Shown piece by piece: positions 1-15,466 of a stretch of DNA of 64,000 bases (position 1 is the first letter of the stretch; every line of letters begins with the position of its first letter). A model generated the notes under the pieces. That model ran no database searches, was not told the origin of the DNA, and was given only the letters and a program-made list of their open reading frames with translations. This DNA is from an uncultured Chloroflexia bacterium (lineage in GTDB: Bacteria; Chloroflexota; Limnocylindria; Limnocylindrales; CSP1-4): positions 21,104 to 85,103 of the forward strand of contig CAVXVP010000033.1 in assembly GCA_963765245.1 (NCBI GenBank), read 5' to 3'. The position numbers and the translations under genes were made by a program.

Positions 1-87
1 CTCGAGGGCGTTCGTCTGGTCGACCATCGGCTGGAGGCGTCGGATCTCGCGGTCGTTCGAGTCGACGAATTTGTTCAGGAAGCGCAT
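1..87 (-). CDS. secA: Preprotein translocase SecA, N-terminal 29 aa (runs off the window)
   Basis: Manual translation from ATG 87 gives MRFLNKFVDSNDREIRRLQPMVDQTNALE, which resembles the SecA N-terminus. Not in the ORF track. Confidence 0.8.
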   Translation of the reverse strand, partial: MRFLNKFVDSNDREIRRLQPMVDQTNALE

Positions 88-125
88 TTGGCATCAAGTA
101 TAGGCGAGGACCCGCCGAGGTCCGG

Positions 126-449
126 TCAGACCGCCCTGTGCTCGATGACGATCGCGGCCGGACTCGGGGACGGCTGGACCTGCTCAGCGCCCGAGGACAG
201 CTTCCAGAACCCGCTGCCGTAGCCGATGACGATCAGCAGGAACGTGGCCACGCCGAGGCCAAGCCAGAAGAGGACCGACCGCATCCGCGAGGTCGGGTTC
301 ATCTCCGGGTTCTTCAGTTCGGGGAGGCGTTCGCCCTCGAGCGCGGTCCCCCAGCGGGGCGACTGGAGCTGCGATCGCCAGTCCGGCTCGACGACGGGTC
401 GTGGCTCGAGGCCACCCTCGCCGTCGGGGCGATGGAGCTTGAGCGTCAT
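126..449 (-). CDS. Small single-pass membrane protein, hypothetical
   Basis: MTLKLHRP...LFWLGLGVATFLLIVIGYG: one TM helix. ATGA overlap with the probable prs stop. Confidence 0.6.
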   Translation of the reverse strand: MTLKLHRPDGEGGLEPRPVVEPDWRSQLQSPRWGTALEGERLPELKNPEMNPTSRMRSVLFWLGLGVATFLLIVIGYGSGFWKLSSGAEQVQPSPSPAAIVIEHRAV

Positions 450-1596
450 CGGTCGCTCGCCTGGGCGGACGCGGCAAAGGCGTCGATCGCGGATGCCGTC
501 GTCGGCCTCGCCGACGATGGGCGGATCGTCGCCCGGCTCACCGCCCCGAGTGTCGATCGTGCCCTCGTCGCCGCCCTCCCAGAGGACCATCTCCTGCGTC
601 AGCGAGACCTCGCTCGAGAAGAGCGCACCGACCGATTCACCGCGGTGGATGCGGCGGATCGCCTCGCCGATGAGTGGCGCGACGGAGAGTGTCGTGATCT
701 TGGCCAGCCGCTTGCGCTCGGGGAGCGGGACCGAGTCGGTCAGGACGACCTCGCGCAGGTTCGACGGCCGCGATCCGGTCGATCGCCGGGTCGCTCAGCA
801 CGCCGTGCGTGGCGCAGGCGTAGATCTCGGTCACGCCCTCGCGCACGAGGGCCTTGGTGATCTCGACCAGCGTGCCGCCGGTGTCGATCTCGTCGTCGAC
901 GATGATCGCGCGCTTGCCCTTGACGTCGCCGATGACGTTCATCAGCTCGGCCCGGTCGAGGTTGCCGACCCGGCGCTTCTCGATGATCGCCAGTGGTGCG
1001 TCGAGCAGCTCGGCGAACGCCCGGGCGCGCTTGGCGAAGCCGAGGTCGGTCACGACCACGGGGTTCTCGATGTTCTTGTGCTTGTAGTAGTTCGACAGCA
1101 TGTGGACGGCCGTCAGCTCGTCGACGGGGATGTTGAAGAAACCCTGGATCTGGCCCTGGTGGAGGTCCATCGTGAGGACGCGGTCCGCGCCGGCGACGGT
1201 GATCATGTCGGCGATCAGGCGGGCCGTGATCGGGACGCGCGGCTGGTCCTTCTTGTCCGACCGGCCGTAGGCGTAGAACGGGATGACCGCCGTGATCCGC
1301 CCGGCGCTGGCCCGCTTGAATGCGTCGATCATGATCAGCAGTTCCATGATCGACTGGTTGACCGGGTGGCTGGTCGGCTGGACCAGGAAGACGTCCTTCT
1401 CGCGGACGTTCTCGAGGATCTTGACGAAGATGTTCTCGTTGGCGAACTGGAAGACCTCCAGCTTGCCCGGCTCGGTGCCGAGGTAGCGGCTGATCTTCCG
1501 GGCGAGATCCGGGTTCGAGTTGCCGTGGTAGATCTCGAACTGGTCCGCGTACAAGCCAGCCGCCTCCCGTCCGCCGAACGCCGAGAAGGCCGTCAT
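446..1596 (-). CDS. prs: Ribose-phosphate pyrophosphokinase (frameshifted near 765 and probably near 495)
   Basis: Motifs FANENIFV, PFYAYGRSDKK, MDLHQGQIQGFF, IIVDDEIDTGGT, ATHGVLS. C-terminus VVLTDSVP...SVAPLIGEAIRRIH continues in another frame. Confidence 0.9.
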
Positions 1597-1603
1597 CGCG
1601 GCC

Positions 1604-4170
<2,567 letters not shown>

Positions 4171-4222
4171 GTGCTGGTTTCTCCTGTCGCGTCAGCGTGG
4201 GCGGGCTGCGTGGGGCTCGGCA

Positions 4223-5209
4223 TCAGAGCGGGGGCTCCGGATGGTAGGCGGGATCGGGCAGGCGACCGAAACGGTCGGCGATCTCGGATGCGGCCGAGGT
4301 GGCCGGTGCGCCCGGGCGCTTGCGGATCCCCGCGAGTCGGGTGCGGAACTCGTCGGCAGTGGCCGGGTCGAGCTTGGTGAGGGTGTCGCGGATGACCCAT
4401 GCGCGGTGACCGTCGTCGGTGGCGGCGGCACGCTCGGTCTCGGCGCGGAGGGCCGCCTCGGTCGCCGTCGCGGTCCACTCCCAGCAGCGACCGATAGGCC
4501 CACGACAGCGCCTTCTGGACATCGGGTTCGGCGTCGCCCATCAGCGCCGCCAGCAGGGGCAGGGCGTGGCCGGCGAGCTGCGGGTCGCGACCAGTCTTGC
4601 GGTCGCCATGGGTCATGGTCGCGATGGTCGAACCGATGAGCCGGCGTTCCCAGCGCGACGGGCTGTAGACGAGCTGCTCCAGCTCCGCCCAGCGATAGGT
4701 CTCGGCGGCGATCCCCTTGCCGTATGGGTGCGCCAGCGAATTGACGGTGATCCAGTCGCCCGCCTCGCGGGCGGCGCGGCGCATCAGCTGCCATGTGCGC
4801 TCGGTCTCGGTGGCCAGCGTTCGCTCGAGGAGACCGAAGGCGAACCAGCGTGCCTCAAGCTCGCGCTCGTGGAAGAGCCGATCTGCGATGAACAGGAGGG
4901 GCGTCGACGGCGAGCCCTTCGAGGCGTTCCGGAAGCCGCGCTGGACTGCCGCGAGCAGCGGCCAGCGGACGCCGTGGATGGCGCCGATCCCGGGCGCGAT
5001 CCGCTGCTGTCCGGCCAGATACTCCGGGTCCGCAAGCGACGCGAGCCCGATTGTCAGGGCGGTCGCGAAGCCTTCCGGGTCGTTGCTGTAGTCCGCGAGC
5101 TCGGCGCCGAGGGCCTCGGCGGCATCACGATGGGCGGCCACGAACGCGACAGCGCGGGCGGTCACCTCGCTCGAGGTCGATGCCGGTCCGGATGCCGGTG
5201 TGGCGGTCA

Positions 5210-5213
<4 letters not shown>
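4223..5213 (-). CDS. DNA alkylation repair (AlkD-like, HEAT-repeat) protein, frameshift near 4470
   Basis: HGVRWP, DWITVNSLA, SRWERR, EPDVQKALSWAYR match AlkD-family patterns. C-terminus is in ORF 4223..4522. Confidence 0.7.
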
Positions 5214-8604
<3,391 letters not shown>

Positions 8605-8608
<4 letters not shown>

Positions 8609-9414
8609 GACGCCACCGCCTCGGGCGATTGGGACCGATCCGGATCATCCTGGTTGTCGCGCGCACGGAGTTCGTTGGTGAGGGCCGCATACGCGAGGGC
8701 GCCCGTCGAGTCCGGGGCATACCGCGAGATCGGCTGGCCGTGGCTGGGTGCCTCCGACAAGCGGACGTTGCGCGGGATCACGGTCTTGAAGACGTGATCA
8801 CCCAGGTGGCGACGGACCTCGTTGGCGACGTCAGCCGACAACTTGGTCCGCGCGTCGAACATCGTCAGGACGACCCCCTTGATGTCGAGCTCAGGGTTCA
8901 AGTGGTCGCGGATCAGGTCAAGCGTGGCAAGCAGCTGGGTCAATCCTTCCAGGGCGTAGTACTCGCATTGCAATGGGATCAGGACGGAGTCGGCTGCCGT
9001 CAGCGCATTGACGGTCAGCAATCCGAGCGATGGTGGGCAATCGATCAGGATGTAGTCGTAATCGGCTTCGACTTCGGCCAGGAGGCGGCTGAGGCGTCGT
9101 TCGCGGCCCTCGATCGGTGCGAGCTCGACTTCTGCGCCGGCGAGCGCGATCGTCGATGGCACGACGTCGAGTTCGTCGACCGGGCCGGGGAGGGTCAGCT
9201 CACGAAGGCTGACACCGTCGACGATCGCGTCGTAGATGGATCGCTCGATGGAGTTGCGGTCGAAACCGAGGCCACTCGTGGCATTGCCCTGGGGGTCGAA
9301 GTCGATGATGAGGACTCGCTCACCAAAGAGGGCGAGGTAGCTCCCAAGATTCACGACTGTCGTGGTCTTCCCGACGCCGCCCTTTTGGTTGGCACAGGCG
9401 ATCGTTTGGCCCAC
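8605..9414 (-). CDS. parA: Chromosome partitioning ATPase ParA/Soj
   Basis: NQKGGVGKTT, DPQGNAT, DCPPSLG, IPRNVRLSEAPS. Confidence 0.97.
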
Positions 9415-9552
9415 TCAGCGGCCTGCCCGGATATGTCTCACGATGAATGATTCTACCATCGCTGGCCCTTTCACCTCGGCATCCGCCCGTAGGCGGCCAG
9501 TGTGTCGCCCGGCGCTCATCCCACACGTATCTGGCAGGTTTTGATCGGCGGC

Positions 9553-9568
9553 GGTTTCACGTGAAACA
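9553..9568. promoter_or_regulatory. parS site 1
   Basis: GGTTTCACGTGAAACA, 15/16 match to consensus TGTTTCACGTGAAACA. Confidence 0.92.
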
Positions 9569-9610
9569 CGGGAAATAGGGGCGCCGGACGGGCCGAATTG
9601 GCGACGGCCG

Positions 9611-9626
9611 GGTTTCACGTGAAACA
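9611..9626. promoter_or_regulatory. parS site 2
   Basis: GGTTTCACGTGAAACA, 15/16 match. Confidence 0.92.
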
Positions 9627-9720
9627 CGGTATGCACTCGCGGTTGGTCTCGCGATGGGAACGGCCTGACCAGCGGAAAGCGGAGCCCCTTGAAAACGGTT
9701 GAGCCACGGCCGATCACGCT

Positions 9721-9736
9721 CATTTCACGTGAAACA
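9721..9736. promoter_or_regulatory. parS site 3
   Basis: CATTTCACGTGAAACA, 14/16 match. Confidence 0.85.
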
Positions 9737-9917
9737 GTGCACAGTCCCGGACCAAGGTCGACCGTCGCTACAGGACGAAAGGCCACCATATCTCCGTTGC
9801 TGGGAGGCCCCGTCCGTGGGATACTTCGCGGGAGGTCGCCGCCGTTCGACCGATTCCCGAAGGACCGTGCGGGCGGGGTGCGACCTTGGGCCAATCCACC
9901 GAGGATCGACGCGCTCG

Positions 9918-10418
9918 ATGACACTGTTGCTGGCCGCGTTCGGTGCGACGGTGACGGCCTTGCTGGAATTGACCGTCGGGCCATACCTGCGGTTCGGGAT
10001 CGCGCAACCGCACCTCATGCTCGTCTGTGGGATCGTCGTCACCGTGGCGATCGGCCTCGAGGCGGGCCTCGTCTGGGCCTTCGTAGGGGGCCTCGTCCTG
10101 GATGTCCTTGCTCAACGGCCGCTCGGTTCGACCGCGTTCGCCCTCCTCCTCTGTGTGGGCTTCACTGCAGTCCTCGGACGCCTTCTCCTTCGTCTCCGCC
10201 CGATCGTTCCCATCCTTGCCACTCTGCTGCTGAGTCTCTTCTACTCAATGACCCTGTACGTCGCGTTCAATGCCCTCCGGACACCGATCCCGGTTGCCGA
10301 CCCGATCGGCATCCTGCTGCCCGGCGTCGTCTACGACACGATCCTCGCGGCTTTGATCGGGCCGCTTGCGATCTCGATCCACGATCGCCGAACCGAATCG
10401 GAACGGCTCGACTGGTGA
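9918..10418 (+). CDS. mreD: Rod shape-determining protein MreD
   Basis: Hydrophobic protein of about 166 aa (QPHLMLV, GLVWAFVGGLVLD) that overlaps the PBP2 start (GTGA). Confidence 0.85.
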   Translation: MTLLLAAFGATVTALLELTVGPYLRFGIAQPHLMLVCGIVVTVAIGLEAGLVWAFVGGLVLDVLAQRPLGSTAFALLLCVGFTAVLGRLLLRLRPIVPILATLLLSLFYSMTLYVAFNALRTPIPVADPIGILLPGVVYDTILAALIGPLAISIHDRRTESERLDW

Positions 10419-12313
10419 GTACGTTCTACGACGAACGTCCTCGACCCGTCCGGAACCTCTCCCGCTTCCTCGTCTTCGCCCTCGCGGTGATCATCGCGGT
10501 CACCGGCCTGACAGCGCGACTCTTCTATCTCCAGATCGTCGATGGTGGTCGCCTTGCCACGCTTGCGACCCACAATCGGACGGTTCAGGAGTCGATCCCG
10601 GCTCCGCGCGGTCTGATCTATGACCGCAACGGTCGCACCCTCGTCACGAACGTGGCCACCTTCGTCGTCAAGCTCCGTCCGGCGGACCTGCCACTTGACC
10701 AACGCCCGGTCGTCGTCGATCGCCTGGCCGCCCTCCTCGGAATGCCTGCCACCGACATCAACACGACCATCGACGGCAACCCCGGGTCGACCTTCGATCT
10801 CGTCCGGATCGCCACCGACGTGGACGAGCGGACCGCCCGCCTCATCTCGGAGGCCGGCTTTGAGCTTCCGGGGGTCGAGGTCGCGGTCGAGGCAAGACGG
10901 TTGTACGCGGACGGGCCGCTGATGTCGCAGATCCTCGGCTACACGGGTCCGGTCTCCGGCGAGCAACTCCTCGACCTGAAACAGGACGGCTACCTGCCCG
11001 ACGACCTGATCGGCAAGGTCGGCATCGAAGCGCAGTACGAGAGCAGCCTGCGGGGCATCTACGGCACGCAGAGTGTCGAGCAGGACGCCTCGGGCCAGAA
11101 GACCCAGGTCCTCCAGACGCTGGCACAGGCGCAGCCGGGCGATTCGTTGACGCTCACGATCGACACCAAGGAGCAGAGGTACGCCCAGAAGGCGCTCCAG
11201 TGGGCGATGAAGAAGGTCGGGATCAAGCGCGGCGTGGTGATCGCGATGGACCCGCAGACGGGCGAGGTCCTCGCGCTCGTCAGTCTCCCGACCTACGACA
11301 ACAACCAGTTCGCTCGCGGCATCAGCATCAAGGACTACACGAAGCTGCTCAACAACCCGGACAAGCCGCTCCTCAACCATGCGACCCAGGCGCACTACCC
11401 GCCCGGATCGACCTATAAGCTCGTCGCCGGCACGGGCGCCTTGGCGGACAAGAAGATCACGCCGAGCACGCGGGTCCGCACCGCCGGTTTCCTCACGCTC
11501 GGCGGGACGCGCTTCTACGACTGGAACCACCGCGGATTCGGAGCGTGCAACATCTACTGCGGCTTCGGCCACTCGAGCGACACGTTCTTCTTCCAGATGG
11601 CAGGCAAGCTCGGCATCGATCGGCTGGGCTACTGGGCCAAGCAGTACGGCTTCGGCAACCCGACCGGCATCGATCTCCCCGGCGAGGTTCCAGGGATCGT
11701 TCCGACCAATGAATGGAAGCAGTCCACCCTCGGCGCACCGATCTTTGGTGGAGAGACGTACCAGGCGGGGATCGGCCAGGGCTATGACGTGGTCACACCC
11801 ATCCAGCTGATCAATGCCTATGCGACCCTGGCCAATGGCGGCACGCTCTACCAGCCTCAGATCGTGCGCGACATCGTCGGACCCGATGGCACCGTCGTCC
11901 GGCCGTTCAAGCCCAAGATCATCCACAAGATGAAGGTCCAGGCGAACGTCCTGCGTGTGATGCGCAACGCGGCCCGCAACACGGTCCTCGTCCGGCACAC
12001 CTACAACCTGGTCGACATGCCGATCAAGGTCGCCGGCAAGTCGGGGACGGCCGAATTCGGCACTCGCGACAGCAAGGGCCGGCTGCCGTACCACTCGTGG
12101 TTCGTCGGCTTCGTGCCCAAGGACGCCAAACACGGCTCCTTCAACAGCACGAGCGCCCAGATCGTCGTCCTCGCCCTGGCCTACGACTCGCGGACGAAGG
12201 GCAATGTCGCCACGGAGATCGTGAAGTACTTCTACCAACTGCACTTCGGGATCAAGAAGGATTACCGCCTTCCCGACCTGCTCAAGCGCGGCAACTTCTA
12301 CCAGAGCAACTGA
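10415..12313 (+). CDS. mrdA: Penicillin-binding protein 2 (class B)
   Basis: PAPRGLIYDRNG, PPGSTYK (SxxK), SSD (SxD), KSGTAE. Confidence 0.95.
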   Translation: MSTFYDERPRPVRNLSRFLVFALAVIIAVTGLTARLFYLQIVDGGRLATLATHNRTVQESIPAPRGLIYDRNGRTLVTNVATFVVKLRPADLPLDQRPVVVDRLAALLGMPATDINTTIDGNPGSTFDLVRIATDVDERTARLISEAGFELPGVEVAVEARRLYADGPLMSQILGYTGPVSGEQLLDLKQDGYLPDDLIGKVGIEAQYESSLRGIYGTQSVEQDASGQKTQVLQTLAQAQPGDSLTLTIDTKEQRYAQKALQWAMKKVGIKRGVVIAMDPQTGEVLALVSLPTYDNNQFARGISIKDYTKLLNNPDKPLLNHATQAHYPPGSTYKLVAGTGALADKKITPSTRVRTAGFLTLGGTRFYDWNHRGFGACNIYCGFGHSSDTFFFQMAGKLGIDRLGYWAKQYGFGNPTGIDLPGEVPGIVPTNEWKQSTLGAPIFGGETYQAGIGQGYDVVTPIQLINAYATLANGGTLYQPQIVRDIVGPDGTVVRPFKPKIIHKMKVQANVLRVMRNAARNTVLVRHTYNLVDMPIKVAGKSGTAEFGTRDSKGRLPYHSWFVGFVPKDAKHGSFNSTSAQIVVLALAYDSRTKGNVATEIVKYFYQLHFGIKKDYRLPDLLKRGNFYQSN

Positions 12314-13473
12314 TGGGCGTCATCCGAGCTCAACCGGCGCGCATCAACGATTGGGCCGCGAAGTCGGTCGGTGCCGCCTGGCGCGCGTTCGACCTCCAAC
12401 TGACGACCTACGCCGGCCTTCTCCTGGCCATCGGTCTCGTGATGGCCTACACGAACAGCATCGAGCAGGGATCCGTGCCGTTCGAGGCCGGAACGACGTT
12501 CAGTCGGGGTCTGATGTGGGCGGCCATCGCGGTCACCGTCTTCGTGCTCGCCACGGTCTTCGACTACCACTGGCTCAAGACGCTCGCCTGGCCGATCTAT
12601 GGCGTCCAGATCGGACTGCTTGTGCTCACCCTCGCGATCGGGAGCGGCGTCGGGAGCTCGTCGCGCTGGGTCTCGATCGGGCCGTTGACGTTCCAGTTCA
12701 GCGAGATCGCGAAGATCCTGATGATCGTGGTCCTCGCTGCCTATCTCGCTGGTCGGCAGGGTCGCCTCGACTCCCTGCCACCATTGGTCGGCGCCTGCCT
12801 CCTGGTCGCTCCACCGCTCGCGCTCGTGATGCTCCAACCCGACCTCGGGACATCCCTCGTCTTCGCGGCGATCCTGGCCGGGATGCTCTGGATGTCCGGC
12901 GCGAGCCTTCGCTGGCTGACCGTCCTGGCTGTCGGAGTCGCGGCGATGATCCCGATTGCGTGGACGTACCTGCTGCGCGACTACCAGAAGGCCCGCCTCG
13001 AGGCGTTCTTCAACGCCGCGCCGGATATCCAGGGAGCCGGCTTCCAGCTCCATCAGGCGCAGATCGCGGTCGGAGCCGGTGGCCTCGTCGGCAAGGGGCT
13101 GACGAATGGCACGCAGACGCAGGGAGCCTACCTGCCGGTCCAGGCCACCGACTTCGTCTTCGCCACTCTCGCTGAGGAGCTCGGCTTCATCGGCGGCGTC
13201 GTCCTGTTCGTCCTCTTCGTACTCCTCCTCTGGCGTGTCCTCGTGTCCGGTTGGCGATCGCGCGACGCATTCGGGACATTGTTCGCGGCAGGTGTGGGCT
13301 CGATGATCCTGTTCCAGCTCATCGTCAACGTCGGGATGGTCCTCGGGATCATGCCGATCACCGGCATCCCCCTTCCGTTCGTGACGCATGGCGGCGCCTC
13401 GCTCGTGAGCATGGCGGCCGGGCTCGGTATCCTCCAGAGCATCAATATCAGACAGACCCGAGCCGCCTGGTAA
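12313..13473 (+). CDS. rodA: SEDS peptidoglycan polymerase RodA
   Basis: FQFSEIAK, LQPDLGT, TDFVFATLAEELG, GIPLPFVTHGG. Follows PBP2. Confidence 0.93.
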   Translation: MGVIRAQPARINDWAAKSVGAAWRAFDLQLTTYAGLLLAIGLVMAYTNSIEQGSVPFEAGTTFSRGLMWAAIAVTVFVLATVFDYHWLKTLAWPIYGVQIGLLVLTLAIGSGVGSSSRWVSIGPLTFQFSEIAKILMIVVLAAYLAGRQGRLDSLPPLVGACLLVAPPLALVMLQPDLGTSLVFAAILAGMLWMSGASLRWLTVLAVGVAAMIPIAWTYLLRDYQKARLEAFFNAAPDIQGAGFQLHQAQIAVGAGGLVGKGLTNGTQTQGAYLPVQATDFVFATLAEELGFIGGVVLFVLFVLLLWRVLVSGWRSRDAFGTLFAAGVGSMILFQLIVNVGMVLGIMPITGIPLPFVTHGGASLVSMAAGLGILQSINIRQTRAAW

Positions 13474-13501
13474 CCCGAGGTCCCATCCCCGTGACCGTCT
13501 G

Positions 13502-14824
13502 ATGGACGAGGCGGAGCTCCCGCACGCGATCGAGCTGCTGGTCGGCCTTCTCGGCCTGGCCGCGTTCGTGGCGATCGTCGCGCGCCCCCTGAGACTGCCC
13601 TACACCGTCGCCCTGGTGATCGCCGGGCTCGCGGTGGGCATCGCCGCCGGGGCGGCCGGGATCCCGAGCCTGCCCGTCTCGTCCGACGTCGTCCTGCTCG
13701 TGCTCCTGCCCGGGCTCGTGTTCGAGGCGGGCTATCGGCTCCGGTTCGCCGAGCTCCGGCGATGGTTCCGTGGCCTGGCACTCCTGGCGATCCCCGGCGT
13801 CGTGATCTCCGCGGGGATCGTGGCGATCGTCCTCAACCTCGCCACCGGCCTTCGACTGGACCTCGCGTTCATCGTCGGGGCGATGGTCTCGGCGACCGAC
13901 CCGGCCGCAGTCGTCGCGACATTCAAGCGTCTGCGCGTCCCGCCGGCGCTGTCGACGTTGGTCGACGGAGAGAGCCTGTTCAATGACGGCACGGGTCTGG
14001 TCCTCTTCGCCATCGCGTTGCAGGTCGTCGTCGCTCCGATCGGTCCCGGCGAGGCCGTCGTCACCTTCGTTGGGACTGTCGCGATCAGCGTTGCCATCGG
14101 CCTGGCGACCGGCGTCCTCGCCGCTCGGATCATCTCGTTGGTGGACGATCACCTCATCGAGTTGACCATCTCGGTCGTGCTCGCCTACGGCAGTTACATG
14201 CTGGCCGACGTCTTCCACCTGTCCGGGGTGATCGCCACGGTGACGGCCGCCATCGTGCTCGGCAATGCTGGACCCGGCCGGGCGCTGACGGCGACCGGAA
14301 CCGACGCCATCGACACGGTCTGGGAGTTCTTCGCATACCTGCTGACGGCCGTCGTCTTCCTGCTCGTGGGGCTCGCCATCCCGCCGGTGCGCCTCGTGGA
14401 TTCGCTCGGTCCGATCGCCTGGGCGATCGTGGGCATCCTCGTCGGGCGTGCCGTCGTGGTCTACGGGCTCCTGGGCGGTCTCTCGCGCCTCGTGCCCGGC
14501 CCGGGGCTGGTCGAGGCGGTGCCGACAGGCTGGCTCCACGTCCTGTTCTGGGCCGGTCTGCGCGGGGCGGTGGCCGTCGCGATGGCTCTGTCACTCCCGG
14601 CCGACATCCCGCAGCGGGCGCTCCTCCAGGAGATCACGTTCGGGGTCGTCCTGTTCACGCTGCTCGTCCAGGGAACGACGATCGGGTGGGTGGTCGACCG
14701 GACGATCGACACGACCGCGACCGACGTGCCTCGACTGGCGAAGCCCCGACCGGCGAAGCGCCGGCCTAGCGCACTACTTGCGGCGGAACAGCCCTCGGCG
14801 GTCCGTCTCGCCCGCGTCGGCTGA
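13502..14824 (+). CDS. CPA1/NhaP-type Na+/H+ antiporter
   Basis: SATDPAAV, GESLFNDG, WAGLRGAV. Confidence 0.9.
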   Translation: MDEAELPHAIELLVGLLGLAAFVAIVARPLRLPYTVALVIAGLAVGIAAGAAGIPSLPVSSDVVLLVLLPGLVFEAGYRLRFAELRRWFRGLALLAIPGVVISAGIVAIVLNLATGLRLDLAFIVGAMVSATDPAAVVATFKRLRVPPALSTLVDGESLFNDGTGLVLFAIALQVVVAPIGPGEAVVTFVGTVAISVAIGLATGVLAARIISLVDDHLIELTISVVLAYGSYMLADVFHLSGVIATVTAAIVLGNAGPGRALTATGTDAIDTVWEFFAYLLTAVVFLLVGLAIPPVRLVDSLGPIAWAIVGILVGRAVVVYGLLGGLSRLVPGPGLVEAVPTGWLHVLFWAGLRGAVAVAMALSLPADIPQRALLQEITFGVVLFTLLVQGTTIGWVVDRTIDTTATDVPRLAKPRPAKRRPSALLAAEQPSAVRLARVG

Positions 14825-15466
14825 CTTGCGCCGGCCACTCTTGCGCAGGATCTCGTCGATCTCCTGGCGGTAGTTCCGGCCGATCGGCGCGCGGTCGAGC
14901 CACTCGACGTACTCCATGTCGCTCCGGGCGACCTCGCCCAGCGACCACCCGGCATAGCGACCGAAGTTCAGGACCGTCCCCGACGGCCGGCCCGGCGGCG
15001 GACCGGCGGCACCGAATCCATCCGCCGAATGCATCGACTCCTGATAGCCGCTGCCCTGCGTCGAGCGGCCCGAGGTCCAGTCGCGCGAGACGGTCTCGGC
15101 CGGTGGCGTGGAAGCCGACGATGTGCCTCCACTGCTCGACGACGACCCCGAACGGGTCCCGGTCGATGCCCCGCCGGGTGAGGCGGCACTCCCCGACCCG
15201 GGCTGCGTGCGATCGGCACCACCCGCCGGCTGGACAGGCGTCGTCGCGAGGGGAACGCGCTCGCGGTCGTACGCCGCCCGCTTCGCCGGCTCGCCGATCA
15301 GCTCCCAGGCGGCATTGATCGCGGCCATCCGGTTCGCCGCGTCGGGGCTGGCCGCGAGGTCCGGGTGATACTTGCGGGCAAGCCGGCGATACGCCGCCTG
15401 GATGACTTCGTCCTCGGCCTCCGAGTCGACCTGCAGGATCTTGTATGGGTCGATCTGATCAGGCAT
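14774..15466 (-). CDS. J-domain protein with a small C-terminal FGRYxG domain
   Basis: DPYKILQV...AYRRLARKYHPD, then a low-complexity linker, then LNFGRYAGWSLGEVARSDMEYVEWL. Confidence 0.85.
   Translation of the reverse strand: MPDQIDPYKILQVDSEAEDEVIQAAYRRLARKYHPDLAASPDAANRMAAINAAWELIGEPAKRAAYDRERVPLATTPVQPAGGADRTQPGSGSAASPGGASTGTRSGSSSSSGGTSSASTPPAETVSRDWTSGRSTQGSGYQESMHSADGFGAAGPPPGRPSGTVLNFGRYAGWSLGEVARSDMEYVEWLDRAPIGRNYRQEIDEILRKSGRRKSADAGETDRRGLFRRK

Noticed and set aside
9415-9917. oriC
   Set aside because: No TTATCCACA boxes or AT-rich unwinding element were seen, and dnaA is not in the window.
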